DNA of 64,000 nucleotides from Chara braunii (lineage: Eukaryota; Plantae; Charophyceae). Numbering within the stretch: position 1 is the stretch's first letter; the number at the start of each line of letters is the position of its first letter. The notes beneath the pieces were generated by a model. The model did no database searches and had not been told where the DNA came from. It was given only the letters and a program-made list of their open reading frames with translations. The stretch spans positions 4,641,543 through 4,705,542 of the forward strand of contig BFEA01000011.1 in NCBI GenBank assembly GCA_003427395.1. The letters run 5' to 3'. Position numbers and translations under genes: made by a program. Shown here piece by piece: positions 10,850-22,635 of this stretch.

Positions 10850-12600
10850 TCCAATCTAGTGGCAGTATTGCAGTCTCCCTCTAAGCTGTCCTGGCGTTAT
10901 CCATTCCCCCGGTATCTTTATCCCACAGATCCCCCACCCGTATTACCCCAGTTTCACCCATAACTTTCAAGAAATTCAAGGTGGATCTAAGCTGTGCATA
11001 TTATCTGACTGTGTGGCAGCTTCCCCCAGGTCTTGACAACAGTTACCAAACAGGGCTTGTCTAGCGATTTCCCCCCACCATTCTGGCGTCGATCGATCTG
11101 GAGGTGGCAGCTTCCCCTAGGTCTTGACAAGCCAGGGCCAAAAGTTGTCATATGCAGGGTCTTGTCTGAGGTCCGGTGTGGTTTTTGGCATCCCTCTTGC
11201 CCTGCGGGGGACTCTCCAATACCGGTCCTCCGACCAGGTTAGCAGGTCGGTGGGGGGGAGGGGGGGTTCTGGCAAGGCAAGAGATCTGTGCAAAAGCCAA
11301 AGGTTGCCATGGGTGACGAGTGTCAAAGATAAGGCATTTTATCCATTGCAAACTTAGAGGATTTGATTTGAGTTGGGGGTCCAAGATACACAGTCCTCGT
11401 TGGGCTTTGGGCTGAATTATCGAGTCCAATGCAACTTGGCTTGTTGGCATGCGCATTTTCATTGTCCCCTTTCCACAGAAAGGCCGGCACTGGCTTCTTG
11501 AGTGGCTTTAAGGCTGGCTCGCTCTATGGCCATAGAACCGACTTGTACCGCAAGGTGGCCAGCACCACATTGTTGATCAGCAAGGCACACCCAAATAGTG
11601 AGGTGTGTTCATTGTTGCAATTGGATAGCTTTGTCAGGGTTGGGGTCTTAATCGAGTCCTCATTTGAAACTGGTTTGCCCTAAGTTGTCATTGACACACC
11701 GAGAACTCGGCCCGGGGCCTCCAAAGGGAGCCATGTGATGTTTGGGGTTCTGGGGGCCGGCCCCCTTGGTGGTGCAACCACCACCCCAGTGTTTTGTGCC
11801 CCCAATTGACAGCCATGTCCGACAGTCTGCAAAATCGATCAATTAGCCTTCGTATATCCCTCATGCTATGACTGTCGGCTTCGTATATCCCCCATGCTAT
11901 TATTGTGAGATCGTCAGCAAACAGGGAACACATCGGGATGGCTTCCTCTAAGGTCTGTGAGATTTTGCTCTATTTAGATCCTTGCTGTGTTGTAGGTTAA
12001 ACCACCAGTACTTGGCCCAGCTATCGGCCGCGGCGCTGTCCCGTTAACGCGCCGCACCTTTAGGGCTTCGGGGTACCGGACCACAATGGCTGGAAGCGCC
12101 AGCCAAAAAAATTTTGAAGCGGTACCCCGGCGCTTCGGCGAAAACTGGCGCGCAGGTGCATTCCAGGCTCGGCATCGATAGCTGGGCCAAGTACTGGTGG
12201 TTTAACTGGTAAGGCTTCCATTACTGTTAGGAAAAAAAAGAGGGTGATAGGGTCACCCTGTCTGACCGAGCATTGTAATGTGATTTCTGGTGCTAAGGAG
12301 CCATTGATCGGAACTCGGGTGGTGGCGTTTTAGTGCAAGATTTGCACACATCATTGAAACTGAGGGCCGAAGTTTATTATTTCTAAATTTCTAAGCATCT
12401 ATCCAGAAATATCCAGTCCACATGATCATATGCTTTTTCAAAATCCATAAAAATGAGAGCCGCATTTTGTTTTCACTGGCGTGAATGCTTGATCATTTCG
12501 TTGACAAGGGGAATGTTCTCCTAGATATTCCTGTTACGTATGAAGACGGTTTGGGCCTGATGGATGGTATCCTCCATTACCTCGATCATTTGGTAGGATA
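10850..12600 (-). mobile_element. Decayed LINE reverse transcriptase, interrupted by a TTAA MITE
   Basis: Minus-strand motifs ALIFMDFEKAYDHVDW (~12410-12460), VRQGDPI (~12250), LFADDL (~11910) and IQPKAQRGLCILD...QWIK (~11340-11420), with frameshifts and stops. Confidence 0.88.
12001..12201. mobile_element. TTAA-flanked MITE with 26-bp TIRs
   Basis: TIR ACCACCAGTACTTGGCCCAGCTATCG with an exact reverse complement. TTAA at 11997-12000 and 12202-12205. Removing it rejoins the host RT frame (MEALPVNLQ). Confidence 0.92.
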
Positions 12601-12687
12601 CCGTCTTCACCCGAACATAACACCCGGTCATTATAGTCGTATTTGGGGCAATTTTCTGTCCAGATGCAGCGATAATGGCTGGGCGTC
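12601..12687. mobile_element. Truncated TA-flanked MITE (C-GTCTTCCCCCGAATA family)
   Basis: TA|CCGTCTTCACCCGAAC...GGTCATTAT; right end is replaced by a TAGGCTACC element. Confidence 0.6.
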
Positions 12688-12732
12688 TAGGCTACCAGAG
12701 TGGCCCGGGGTCACTTGCCCGGCCAGGCCAGG

Positions 12733-12772
<40 letters not shown>

Positions 12773-13260
12773 ATTTGAAATTTATTTTTTATTCTAAATT
12801 TGGTGAAGAATTTCGATGTGACCCTGAGGCAAAAGTTGTTCAGTTTATTTTTCTGCATAACATAGTTGTTTTTCCGGATTTTTTGGATTTCTTTTTTTTT
12901 TTTGGCTGGGACAACACCCCTCGACCAATCATTTCTCTAGTTTTGTCCAGTGTCCCAAACTGCCTCATAGGCTACCAGCCGGGCCGCCCGGGTCACCCTA
13001 CTTTCCCAGGCGGCCCGGCCGTGCAAGGACCAGGGAAGGCCCCAGCCAAAACAAATACAAAATAAAAAAAATCCAAAAAATCCGAAAAAAAAAATGTTAT
13101 GCAGAAAAATTAACTGAACATTTTTTGCGTCAGGGTCACATCAAAATTCTTTACCAAATTTAAAATAAGATTTTAATTTTTAAACTAAAAAATAATTTTT
13201 TATTTTTTATTTTTTTTTGGCCCGGTCGGGCAAGTGGACCCGGGCCACTCTGGTAGCCTA
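12688..13260. mobile_element. Two TAGGCTACCAG-terminated non-autonomous elements in opposite orientation (12688-~12910 truncated; 12968-13260 complete)
   Basis: TAGGCTACCAG...CTGGTAGCCTA termini. Internal GTTATGCAGAAAAAT..CTGAACA..CAGGGTCACATC is shared with 44303-44589. Confidence 0.8.
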
Positions 13261-14700
13261 GTCAAGTACTTGTTTTTTTTTTTTTTTCAAGTGACTTCTT
13301 TCTTTTCTTTTGAAACGTATTCGGGGTTGATACGAGCATCGCCCAAAATTGTGTTTTGCCTTTGTCAGTTGATGACTCATATCTATTGGTAGGGAGCAAC
13401 ACCTGCTGGAAACCAGGTCAGGTCCGCCATCCCATTGTATAACAAAACTCCATCGCATCTTGTGCAGTACTAAGTCTACTATATATGGTTGTGTGATCAT
13501 GTGTATGTGTGTATACTATTATATGATATGATCTCTATGGATGGCAGGCCGTTGGTCCCCTCGAGTGGCATTGGGCAGAGACTGCTGATGTTCGTAGGGG
13601 GAGGGGAGGCACACCGACTGGCCCGTCGAACAAGATCGGCCCTGATGCTACCGGCTGACCCCTGGCCGGTATCGCCCACCTGCTGTAGCAGGTATCGCAC
13701 CTGCTGGTGGGTGCACCTCCCACATGTTCCCTCGTTGGTGGCTTGAGCATGGATGTGGCTGCTACGGGGTTCCCCGTAATACGATAATGACAATAAAATA
13801 AAAAAAAGGCCTGAAAGGCCGTCCTGTCCAGATTCGCGACAGGTAATTGAATTGGTTGGGCTTACAAGAATTAGCCTTGTATTAATGGGACGCTGGACCC
13901 GGTTTCCAGCAGGTGCCGCTCCCCACCAATAGACGGAGCTGCCCCAAAGATAAGCCCTGAATTCTGACGGTTCTCCTACCACCGCCAGGATAGAGAGATA
14001 TCACAAGGGCTATTCTCAAAAAAAAAANAAAAAAAAAAAAAAAAAAAAAGCCTTTATAACAACAACAAAAAAATAAAAATAAAAAAATAAGCTGATTCAT
14101 TGCAGGTTATCTCAGCTTGTAAGTGCCTCCCTTTGTTAACCATGTGTGAAACTTTGGTTCGGAACTTTTTTAACTCTCGCAAAGATATATTGCACCTGCC
14201 GCACTTCTCTCTCTAAGACTCTAACCATGAAGTCCATCTTTGATTTCTTCTTTCCTGAAGTCCACCAGCTTCCCCCCTGATCACATCATTAGTTGTTTGA
14301 CAGCACCAGCTTGCATCTGGTCTATCAATGGACAGATGGAACGTCGTAGAGTTTGAAATAATGCAGGCATTCTGGATGTGACATCATAGAGGTATTCAGG
14401 GAAGCAGATGACACGTATTACGGCTGCGGAAGTAAGAAAACACCTTACAAAAAAAAAAGAAAAAAAGAAAAAAGAGAGAGAGAGAGAACACCTGACTTAC
14501 TTTTACAGTGAAGGCAGTGGCTGGTTTGTTCAATACTGCCTGCTCGGAGGATTTCATCTCGGCAAGGAGGTTCATGTTCTCCAGTTGGTTAAAATCAGCA
14601 TACATCAGAAAACCTGCTTCCTCCGCCTACAACATCATTGGCACTCCAGCACAAAAAAAAGGACAAGACATGAGACCTTAGGTCAAGTGGTCCATGGAAG

Positions 14701-14748
14701 TTGTTGTCGTGGTTGTTGTTGTCGTCGTCATCGTCGTCGTCGTCGTTG

Positions 14749-14799
<51 letters not shown>

Positions 14800-14865
14800 G
14801 TTGTTGTCGTTGTTGTTGTTTGTTGTTGTTTGTTGTTGTCGTCCTCGTTCTTGTCCTTGTTGTTG
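14701..14865. repeat. Degenerate (GTT)n/(GTC)n microsatellite
   Basis: Direct reading. Confidence 0.95.
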
Positions 14866-15593
14866 TGGCGGTGGTGGCTATCACTATCATCACCATCGTC
14901 ACCATTCAACACCATTGTCGCCATCATCGTTGTCATTGCCATTGTTGTTTCGTTGGTTTCGTCCTCATGAGTGTTGTTGTGGTGGTGGTTTTTTGTTGTT
15001 GGTCATTCAGGGGCAGGCCCTGGATTGCCTTCGAAGAGATTCTTTAGAAAATTTAATCAGATTCTACAAGGTGGCTCATGTAAAAAGACAAGATGCTTTT
15101 CAACAAGCACATCTGTTTTGGGTAAAGACGGGTCATAGGTTCAAATCCTCTCCAGAATACCAATCAAACTTCAAATTGATCAAACCCAACTCCTAGAGTT
15201 AACAAAGACGACACAGAATGTGAGGGCGGTGGCAACTCCTTAATGTTCGGAGGTCTTATGATCCTTGCTCAAGTCAATGATGAAAGCAACCAGCATTGAT
15301 AATCCATGGAGCTTGGGGCAGCACGGCAATTGCAAGGATTTTAAAGCCATCAGAGTCCGGTCCCCATGTCCAAGTTCCAGTCTTAAGGTCGCAAGGTCCC
15401 ACCTACCATTTTCCCACACCGAAGATTAGGCAGGTCTAGAAGGGTCCGGCAGGCTAGGGTCTAGTAGGTTAGTATCCTGTTATCAGTCCAGTCCAGTCCA
15501 GTCAAGGGGGGGCTCGGCCCAGGGTCCCAGGAAGTCAATGAACATTCCGGATGCATCCAAAGCCCGAAGTCATGGCCAGCAGGCTGTGTTCCA

Positions 15594-15748
15594 CCGAGAT
15601 GAAATCCTCCGAGGATTTCATCTCGGCAGCACCAACACTTAATTCCACAGCAGCAATCTTGGCACAACTATCGGCACAGACAAAAGCACAACTAGCATGG
15701 ATGGAATTAAGTGTTGGCGTCAACACTTAATTCCATCCGTGCTAGTTG
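15594..15748. repeat. Two near-perfect palindromes (15594-15626 and 15689-15748)
   Basis: CCGAGATGAAATCCTC-C-GAGGATTTCATCTCGG, and CAACTAGCATGGATGGAATTAAGTGTTG-GCGT-CAACACTTAATTCCATCCGTGCTAGTTG. Confidence 0.9.
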
Positions 15749-15852
15749 CGGAAGCACTGCTGCAATCTTGTGCGACAAAGTGATGAGTGAGCTGAAGTGA
15801 GGCTGAGTGGATCGTAGTGGACCGCGGGTGCTCGGCGCCATAGCTTAGCTTG

Positions 15853-15936
<84 letters not shown>

Positions 15937-16892
15937 CAGCCCGTGTGAGGTTGCTTGGCGGCCATAGCCTCCCAAGTGTTTATACATGAGACTTTGTTGT
16001 AGAAGGCTTTGAATTTCCGAAAGAAAAACTCCGAATTGTCCTCATCTCATGTTTGGAGCTTGGTCTATGAAGCGTGGACTTGTGGTGGTGTGAGACTGTG
16101 AGTAGCGGTGTGAAAGCATGGGATAGTTGCAGCTGGCTCGCTTACGAAAGGTTGATCTCTCCGTTCCTGCTTCAAGTTGGGGCTCAGGTTCTTAGACCTA
16201 GATGGCCAGCGGATGACAAGGGCTATTATTTTACATTGGGCACTGCTATGCTATGTTTTGCTGGGTAATAAATACTAGGGGTAACTTCAGTAGAGTCACA
16301 AAAAAGGGGTTTATAATTGCACTATGGGGCAAGGTACAGTTTGCAATCGCACTTCAGGCACCCTATCTGGCCAGAAAGCTCGGTTGTATACATTGCCCAA
16401 ACTGCGCTTCGAAACTGTATCTTGGCCCATACTGCAATTATAACTAATTTTTGTGACTCCCGCGTAGTTTCCGCTAAATACTAATAATCAATGTTGAGCA
16501 TCAAGGCACTGGGGAGGTGACTATGGTGATCCCTTGTTTGCCATAGACTCTGGGTTCAAGACCTTCGGATGATGCGAACACATTGAAGTTTTTTTGTCGT
16601 AACATTGATAAGGAGTTTTATTATGCCAGGGGAATTTGGAGACCATTGTTCTGCAGTTAGAACTTACAACAATTCTCCTCATAAAATAAGAGTAGAGAGT
16701 GTGTGATTGGTCTATGGAGTTTGCACCTATTTGTGTGTATTCGCCGTACTATTCGGTCATTCGGAGATATTCAGCGGAAGACGTCGCGAGGTTGGATTTG
16801 ATCCTTGATTTCTTCAATTTGTTTGTACTGGTTACACGGCGTCGTGAATGAGTGGACGTCCTGTATCATGCTGTATGGGCATGAATTTATGA

Positions 16893-16913
16893 CTAAACCC
16901 TAAACCCTAAACC
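16893..16913 (-). repeat. Interstitial telomeric repeat, ~3 units of CCCTAAA
   Basis: CTAAACCCTAAACCCTAAACC. Confidence 0.8.
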
Positions 16914-17386
16914 ACAAAGAAGCCGTGCCTCATGCTCGGCTACCTGGTGGTGCATGGCGGAAGGGGCTGCCACTGCTACAAGCTGGGGTCAGTCATCTTA
17001 AACTTTAAGCCTCCCAAATTTAGACCCAAACAAAACTAATGGTGGTTTAAAGCTGATATAATGTGAGATTGATGAATGGGAACAAGTCCGAACAACTAAA
17101 TTAAATTTTACAAACCATACCTATTTGACAGTCAAAGCAGGTGCATGAAAGACTTTCCCTTAAGTGGATATGTGGAAGTACGATACGCCGACTCAAAGAA
17201 ACGTGTGATTTCTGAGCCTATTGAAATGACTCCCAGGCATTCAAACTCTTTGCCAGTTCAATGACAGTCCCAATGATTGAAAGCAGGAGAGGTGGAACCT
17301 GTACCAGATTCCAAGAAGCCAGTGTGGTAAAAAAGAAGAAACCAGTTTTTCGAGACTCCATAGGTCTCAATCCAAGAGTCGAACTA

Positions 17387-17491
17387 CAGTCTTCCCCCGA
17401 ATACAACGTACGGTCATTACAGCTGAATTTAGACCGAAAGATGCACCAAATTCGGCAATAATGACCGTGCGTTGTATTCGGGGGAAGACTG
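17387..17491. mobile_element. TA-flanked MITE (Tc1/mariner-type) with 33-bp TIRs
   Basis: TA|CAGTCTTCCCCCGAATACAACGTACGGTCATTA ... TAATGACCGTGCGTTGTATTCGGGGGAAGACTG|TA (one mismatch). Confidence 0.92.
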
Positions 17492-17579
17492 TAGGATGAA
17501 TTCCTCATATATAAGAGTGAAAACTACTACTATGTCAAGTTGCATTGCAGTGAGGGTTTACGATGGTTAAACGGAACTC

Positions 17580-17763
17580 AAACCCACCAGTGCGTTTCCC
17601 AGCCATTTTTCTCCGACGCGGCTGTGCTTGCAGTGCAAGTCTTGGGGGTCAGCCTAACTACCAGAGCAAGATGGTCGACGCCAGCAGCCAAAAAAGGCCG
17701 ACGCGGGGCGTTTCCAGGCTTGGCAAGGGAAGGATCAAAAGACTGAAAAGTACTGGCAGTTTA
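17580..17763. mobile_element. Degenerate member of the TTAA/ACCACCAGTAC MITE group
   Basis: AAACCCACCAGTGC ... GTACTGGCAGT|TTAA; internal CGCCAGC..CAAAAAA and TTCCAGGCTTGGCA resemble 12001-12201. Confidence 0.5.
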
Positions 17764-18035
17764 AGCTCTCGGTGCATCAAGGGAGTGCAACTTATTTTTA
17801 ATTGGTCTTTTTTTTATTGATTCAATAGAATGAAACTTTGTACTCTGGGTACATACCTGCTGGAAGATGAGTTTAAGTAGAAGAGCATTGGCGTGGGCGT
17901 TGTTTTCTAGCTCATTCTCCAGTGCATGTGTGACCTCCGTCGCCAATGCGCTTAGCATCTCCAGCACATTGTTTTTTGTGTAGATCGCATCCTCCAACTT
18001 CCACTTCTCATAGTCCCGGAACAGAGAGCTTATCT

Positions 18036-18058
18036 GGTTTAGGGTTTAGGGTTTAGGG
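18036..18058 (+). repeat. Interstitial telomeric repeat, (TTTAGGG)3
   Basis: GGTTTAGGGTTTAGGGTTTAGGG. Confidence 0.85.
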
Positions 18059-18270
18059 AATTGTCACCAAGAGCAAAGAAGAGCAAAGAAGAGCAAAGAA
18101 CGGCAGCAAGTCAGGTTAAAACAACCCATCAAGGAGGGAGTGCAGCTTATCACAAAATCATTCATTACCATGGATTACACCCTAAAGGGCCTAAACCCTG
18201 AGTACCACCGGGACGACAGGCCTGGAGTCAAGAAACAATTGTACCGCCGGGACGACAGGCCGGGAGTCAA

Positions 18271-18939
18271 GAAACAATTGTTAGCAGAAAAGAGCTTTCA
18301 ACCAGCCGACTGACGTTGCCTTGTTGACTGATAGAAGAGAGAGTGAGAGAGTTACAGTTAGGAGGGGGGGAAGGAGGGAGGGACGACGAGAAGCCGGGCG
18401 CTTGATGGAGAGTAAGGCGAGAGTACGGGACCCATCCTTCGAGACATCCGTTAAAATTGGAACGATACAGAGAAAGAAGATTAGCATCATCCCTGCGCAA
18501 GGATGACACGCATGAATCAAGAGAGTACTAGACCCCAAGAACGAACTACTCGTAGAGCTGAGTTTGGTTTTCGCTTCTGAAAAAGAGAGGATCATCGGTT
18601 CACCAGCCAAGTTGAGCGCATTTCTATTCGCCGAAAACGGTCTGTGAAAACAAATGAAAGGAAGAAAGAAGAAAACACATCGATGCAAGAAACTCGGTGG
18701 TAGAAATTTCTTATGTTTGTGCGTTTACGATACTACAGATGGTCTCCCACCAACGTCCACCATTGAGACATACATCGTGGATTTCTCGAAGTAGCTGGTG
18801 ATCCGTCCGCCATAAGTGGATGAAGCAAGAATGCTATGGCGGAACGAGGAGAAGAGGAGCGAGATATGGAGAGACTGGCCAAACAAGGAATCAAGGAAGG
18901 ACGGGGAAGGCGACTAGCCCGCTCGAGCGTTTTCTTGCT
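18271..18939 (+). repeat. ~0.7-kb repeat, copy A, carrying a U6 retrocopy
   Basis: Colinear with 20780-21504 from GAAACAATTGTTAGCAG to GCTCGAGCGTTT.TTGCT. Confidence 0.9.
18434..18524 (+). pseudogene. U6: 3'-truncated U6 snRNA retrocopy A
   Basis: GACATCCG.TAAAATTGGAACGATACAGAGA..AGATTAGCAT..CCCTGCGCAAGGATGACACGCA. No oligo-T terminator. Flanked by GAGAGTAC(GG/TA)GACCC direct repeats at 18419-18433 and 18521-18535. Confidence 0.9.
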
Positions 18940-19283
18940 GCTTCGTTCCATTTTTTTAGTTAGAACGAAGATCCAGGCGCAGGTATTCTTCAACTTCATT
19001 GTTATCAACTGAGCCCCGTGAACGTTGTTGGGGGAGGGCAGGGGATGGAGCAAAAAGCGCCTGGCAATAGAGCTCTTCCCAATGCACAATGTAAGGCCTA
19101 GGAGTAATCGCAGCAAAGCCATCAGTATTTTTATCGGCCTCAGATCCATCTGTGGCTACGCATCCTATTGAACCGGCACCCTTGGCCTCACTAGCCAAGC
19201 ATCATAACTACTGCTATCATCGGGACATGTACAAAAGTGGAACAGGGAATGATACCAGCCCACCTCTGTCGGCTGCAGCCTCA

Positions 19284-19349
<66 letters not shown>

Positions 19350-19384
19350 NNNNNNNNNNNNNNNNNNNNNNNNNNNNNNNNNNN

Positions 19385-19479
<95 letters not shown>

Positions 19480-19604
19480 GCGCACGCACGCACGCACGCA
19501 TGCATGCAAGGTTGGTGCACGTAAAGTCGACCACTTTATCAGGGGTATGGCTAACTCTGGGCGATGTGGTAAGTCCTTAATACATCAGTCAAATGAATCC
19601 TGGG

Positions 19605-19662
19605 CAGACTGTCGGGGTTCCAACCTCCTGATGAGCCGGTGAATTTCCGACGAAACAGTCTG
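19605..19662 (+). ncRNA. Type III hammerhead ribozyme with GUC cleavage site
   Basis: Stem III CAGACUG/CAGUCUG, GUC at 19611-19613, stem I GGGG/CCUC, CUGAUGA at 19628-19634, stem II GCCGG/CCGAC (one mismatch), GAAA at 19652-19655. Lies in a ~200-bp segment between two (CA)n tracts. Confidence 0.88.
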
Positions 19663-19701
19663 GCACAGTCATGCTTTTTTGAGTGTATAACGAATATGAC
19701 A

Positions 19702-19778
<77 letters not shown>

Positions 19779-20277
19779 CATGCGCACACAGGCACGCACA
19801 CACGCACACACTGTGGCACACACGCACAACACCAGTCTAAACATGACATTTCTTGCACAGTACCTCCCAACCCAGCACATGACCCTCGTCCACCAATGGG
19901 GTCTACCCCCAACGGGCATAACATTCCTGGGGCGAAGTTCCACTAGCAGGGGTTTAGACTCGGTGTCCAGTACGAACCGGTTCCTGGCACAGATCTGAAC
20001 ATCTCACGGCCCCACTGTGGCCACGTTGGAAGTTCCCTTCGGCTACCGGTAGTGGGACTTAGCCCCCGGTATGATTTCCAGGCTGGTTACCGGGCTGAGT
20101 ACTGGTCAGTGGTTTTCTCGTCCTCGTACCCATGGGTGACTGGGCACGGAATCGGACCCGCACCCTTCGCGTCAAGAGCCAAGCATGACGCTGTGTAACA
20201 AAGTGGAACCATATCGGTCATGGTATCCACCCCACCCCACCCCATACCCCCACCCCAGAAGTGAGTTGGCTTCTCTA

Positions 20278-20385
20278 CCATCTCCACCCGAATAAGAACG
20301 CCCGGTCATTGTAGCCGTATGGGGAGCAATATCGGTCTAGATACAGATGTAATGACCGGGCGTTCTATTTGGGTCCTGAAGACGG
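20278..20385. mobile_element. TA-flanked MITE (same family as 17387)
   Basis: TA|CCATCTCCACCCGAATAAGAACGCCCGGTCATT ... AATGACCGGGCGTTCTATT...GAAGACGG|TA. Confidence 0.8.
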
Positions 20386-20649
20386 TAGACAGAGGTCTAC
20401 TGTGACTCTCAAGGTACCCTGCCGTGGCACGTCAACGCCTGTGTCTGAGCGACGGCTTAGAAAGATGGGAGAAGAGCGGGGCGCAACAAAACCTGCCGCT
20501 GTGATGCGGAAGTGGGAGGGAGAGGGAGAGAGGGAGAGAGGGAGAGAGGGACATGGACAAAGGGCGCGCGGGAACGAGATAAGCGGAACAGTGGTACTCA
20601 ATTGATAAGACTGATCAGATGAGCCAACGAGGGTGCTTCTATGCGAAGG

Positions 20650-20766
<117 letters not shown>

Positions 20767-20779
20767 ACGTCCGTGGTCT

Positions 20780-21504
20780 GAAACAATTGTTAGCAGAAAA
20801 GAGCTTTCAACCAGCCGACTGACGTTGCCTTGCTGACTGATAGAAGAGAGAGTGAGAGAGTTACAGTTAGGAGCGAGGGAAGGAGGGAGGGACGACGAGA
20901 AGCCGCGCGCTTGATGGAGAGTAAGGAGAGAGTACGGGACCCGTCCTTCGAGACATCCGTTAAAATTGGAACGATACAGAGACCCTAGACAAGATTAGCA
21001 TCGTCCCTGCGCAAGGATGACACGCATGAATCGAGAGAGTACTAGAGAGTACTAGACCCCAAGAACGATCTACTCGTAGAGATGACTTCGGTTTTCGTCG
21101 GTTGTGGAAAAGAGAGGATCATCGGTTCACCAGCCAAGTTGAGCGCACTTCTATTCTCCGAAAACGGTCTGTGACAACAAACGAAAGGAAGAAAGAAGAA
21201 CACAAATCGATGCAAGAAAAAATCGATGCAAGAAACTCCGGAGTAGAAATTTCTTATGTTTGTGCGTTTATTTAAAAAAAAAAAAAAAAAAGGGCACTGC
21301 AGGTGGTCTCCCACCAGCGTCCACCGTTGAGACATACATCGTGGCTTTCTCGAAGCAGCTGGTGATCCGTCCGCCATAGCTGGATGAAGAAAGAAAGCTA
21401 TGGCTGAACGAGGAGAAGAGAGGAGCGAGACAAGGAGAGACTGGCCAAATGAGGAAGGAAGGACGGGGGAGGCGACTACGTAGCCCGCTCGAGCGTTTGT
21501 TGCT
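20780..21504 (+). repeat. ~0.7-kb repeat, copy B, carrying a U6 retrocopy
   Basis: Colinear with 18271-18939. Confidence 0.9.
20943..21036 (+). pseudogene. U6: 3'-truncated U6 snRNA retrocopy B with a 9-nt insertion at the ACAGAGA box
   Basis: GTCCTTCGAGACATCCGTTAAAATTGGAACGATACAGAG[ACCCTAGAC]AAGATTAGCATCGTCCCTGCGCAAGGATGACACGCA. Confidence 0.9.
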
Positions 21505-22113
21505 CAGTACAGATACACTAGTAGCACTCTCTGTGTGTCTACATAGCACGGACTCTACCTTGGGGGGGACCACCACAGAGGAGCCAGCAAAAGGGGTCAG
21601 GGAAATGCGTAAGGAGTGAAGGTGAGAAGAGGGAAAAGGGGAGAAGTTGATGGGAGAGTAGGGTGGTTTTCTGAAGGGGGAAAAGGTGCAGGAGAGAGTG
21701 GATTTGAGAAGACAAAAGAAGAAGAAGAATAGTCTGAAGGAGCGGCCTGCTAACCTCTCTCACGTGCTGCATCCTCTTCATCCTTAAGAAACGAAGGAAG
21801 CCTAACACCTGCAGCTCGTGGTCGCTTATCTCTTGTTCATTTTGGCTTATTGATGTCGCCGATCTAGCTGTAGAGGCTGCTGCCATCATGTTCATAGATC
21901 CTACTTCATCTGTTCCGCCCGAAAAAGATGAGAGAGAATTCGCCATGGAGGCCGCCATAGCTGCCAACTGACTGAAGCTTGCTTCCGAGACTGGTGCAGC
22001 GCGACGCCGCAGGCACAACACTTAAGCAGATACTGATCCTCCCCGCTCCAGTTCTCAGTCTATCAGGAGTCTGGAGAGCCACCCACCTCACACCTGTCAA
22101 TTGCGGCCACCTA

Positions 22114-22218
22114 CCCTCTTCCCCCGACTAGAACGTACGGTCATTATATCCGTATTTGGCCCAACTTTCAGTCCAGATGCGGCGACAATGACCGCACCTT
22201 CTATTCGGGGTACGACGG
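22114..22218. mobile_element. TA-flanked MITE (same family as 17387)
   Basis: TA|CCCTCTTCCCCCGACTAGAACGTACGGTCATT ... AATGACCGCACCTTCTATTCGGGGTACGACGG|TA. Confidence 0.8.
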
Positions 22219-22503
22219 TACAGCTATACCCACCGTACGTTCTATCGGGGGAAAGATTGTAGTAGAACTGTTACGTCATGGCCAAATGAAAATGACCACA
22301 CGATTCTCTGTCCTTCTTGTGCAATCCAATGGTAGTGGGAATCGGTAACTTAAAGGCCTTAGGGGGGTCCTTAGGGTGGTCATTAGGGGGGTCATTAGGG
22401 GAGTCATTAGGGGGTTCCTTTCCCCGGATAGAGGGGGGTTGTTGGAACTTGAGGAGGGAAGGACTGTGTGTGCGCTAATTGTCTATGCAGCGGGAGGTTG
22501 ACG

Positions 22504-22541
<38 letters not shown>

Positions 22542-22635
22542 GCCACCACAGTTGTGTGATTTGCCAGGTGCTAGACCTTTTATGTCCGGCTCAGCCCAGT
22601 ATTCCAACGCAGCCCATCATATATATAACAGAGAC

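Noticed and set aside
14408-15196. Long ORFs made of poly-C/V/N/T, ER, SL or HT runs (also near 8.2, 19.2, 37.2-38.1 and 46 kb)
   Set aside because: They are translations of microsatellites and minisatellites.
18434-18524. Functional U6 gene
   Set aside because: 3'-truncated, no oligo-T terminator, no recognisable USE/TATA, insertion next to the ACAGAGA box, and flanked by a TSD.
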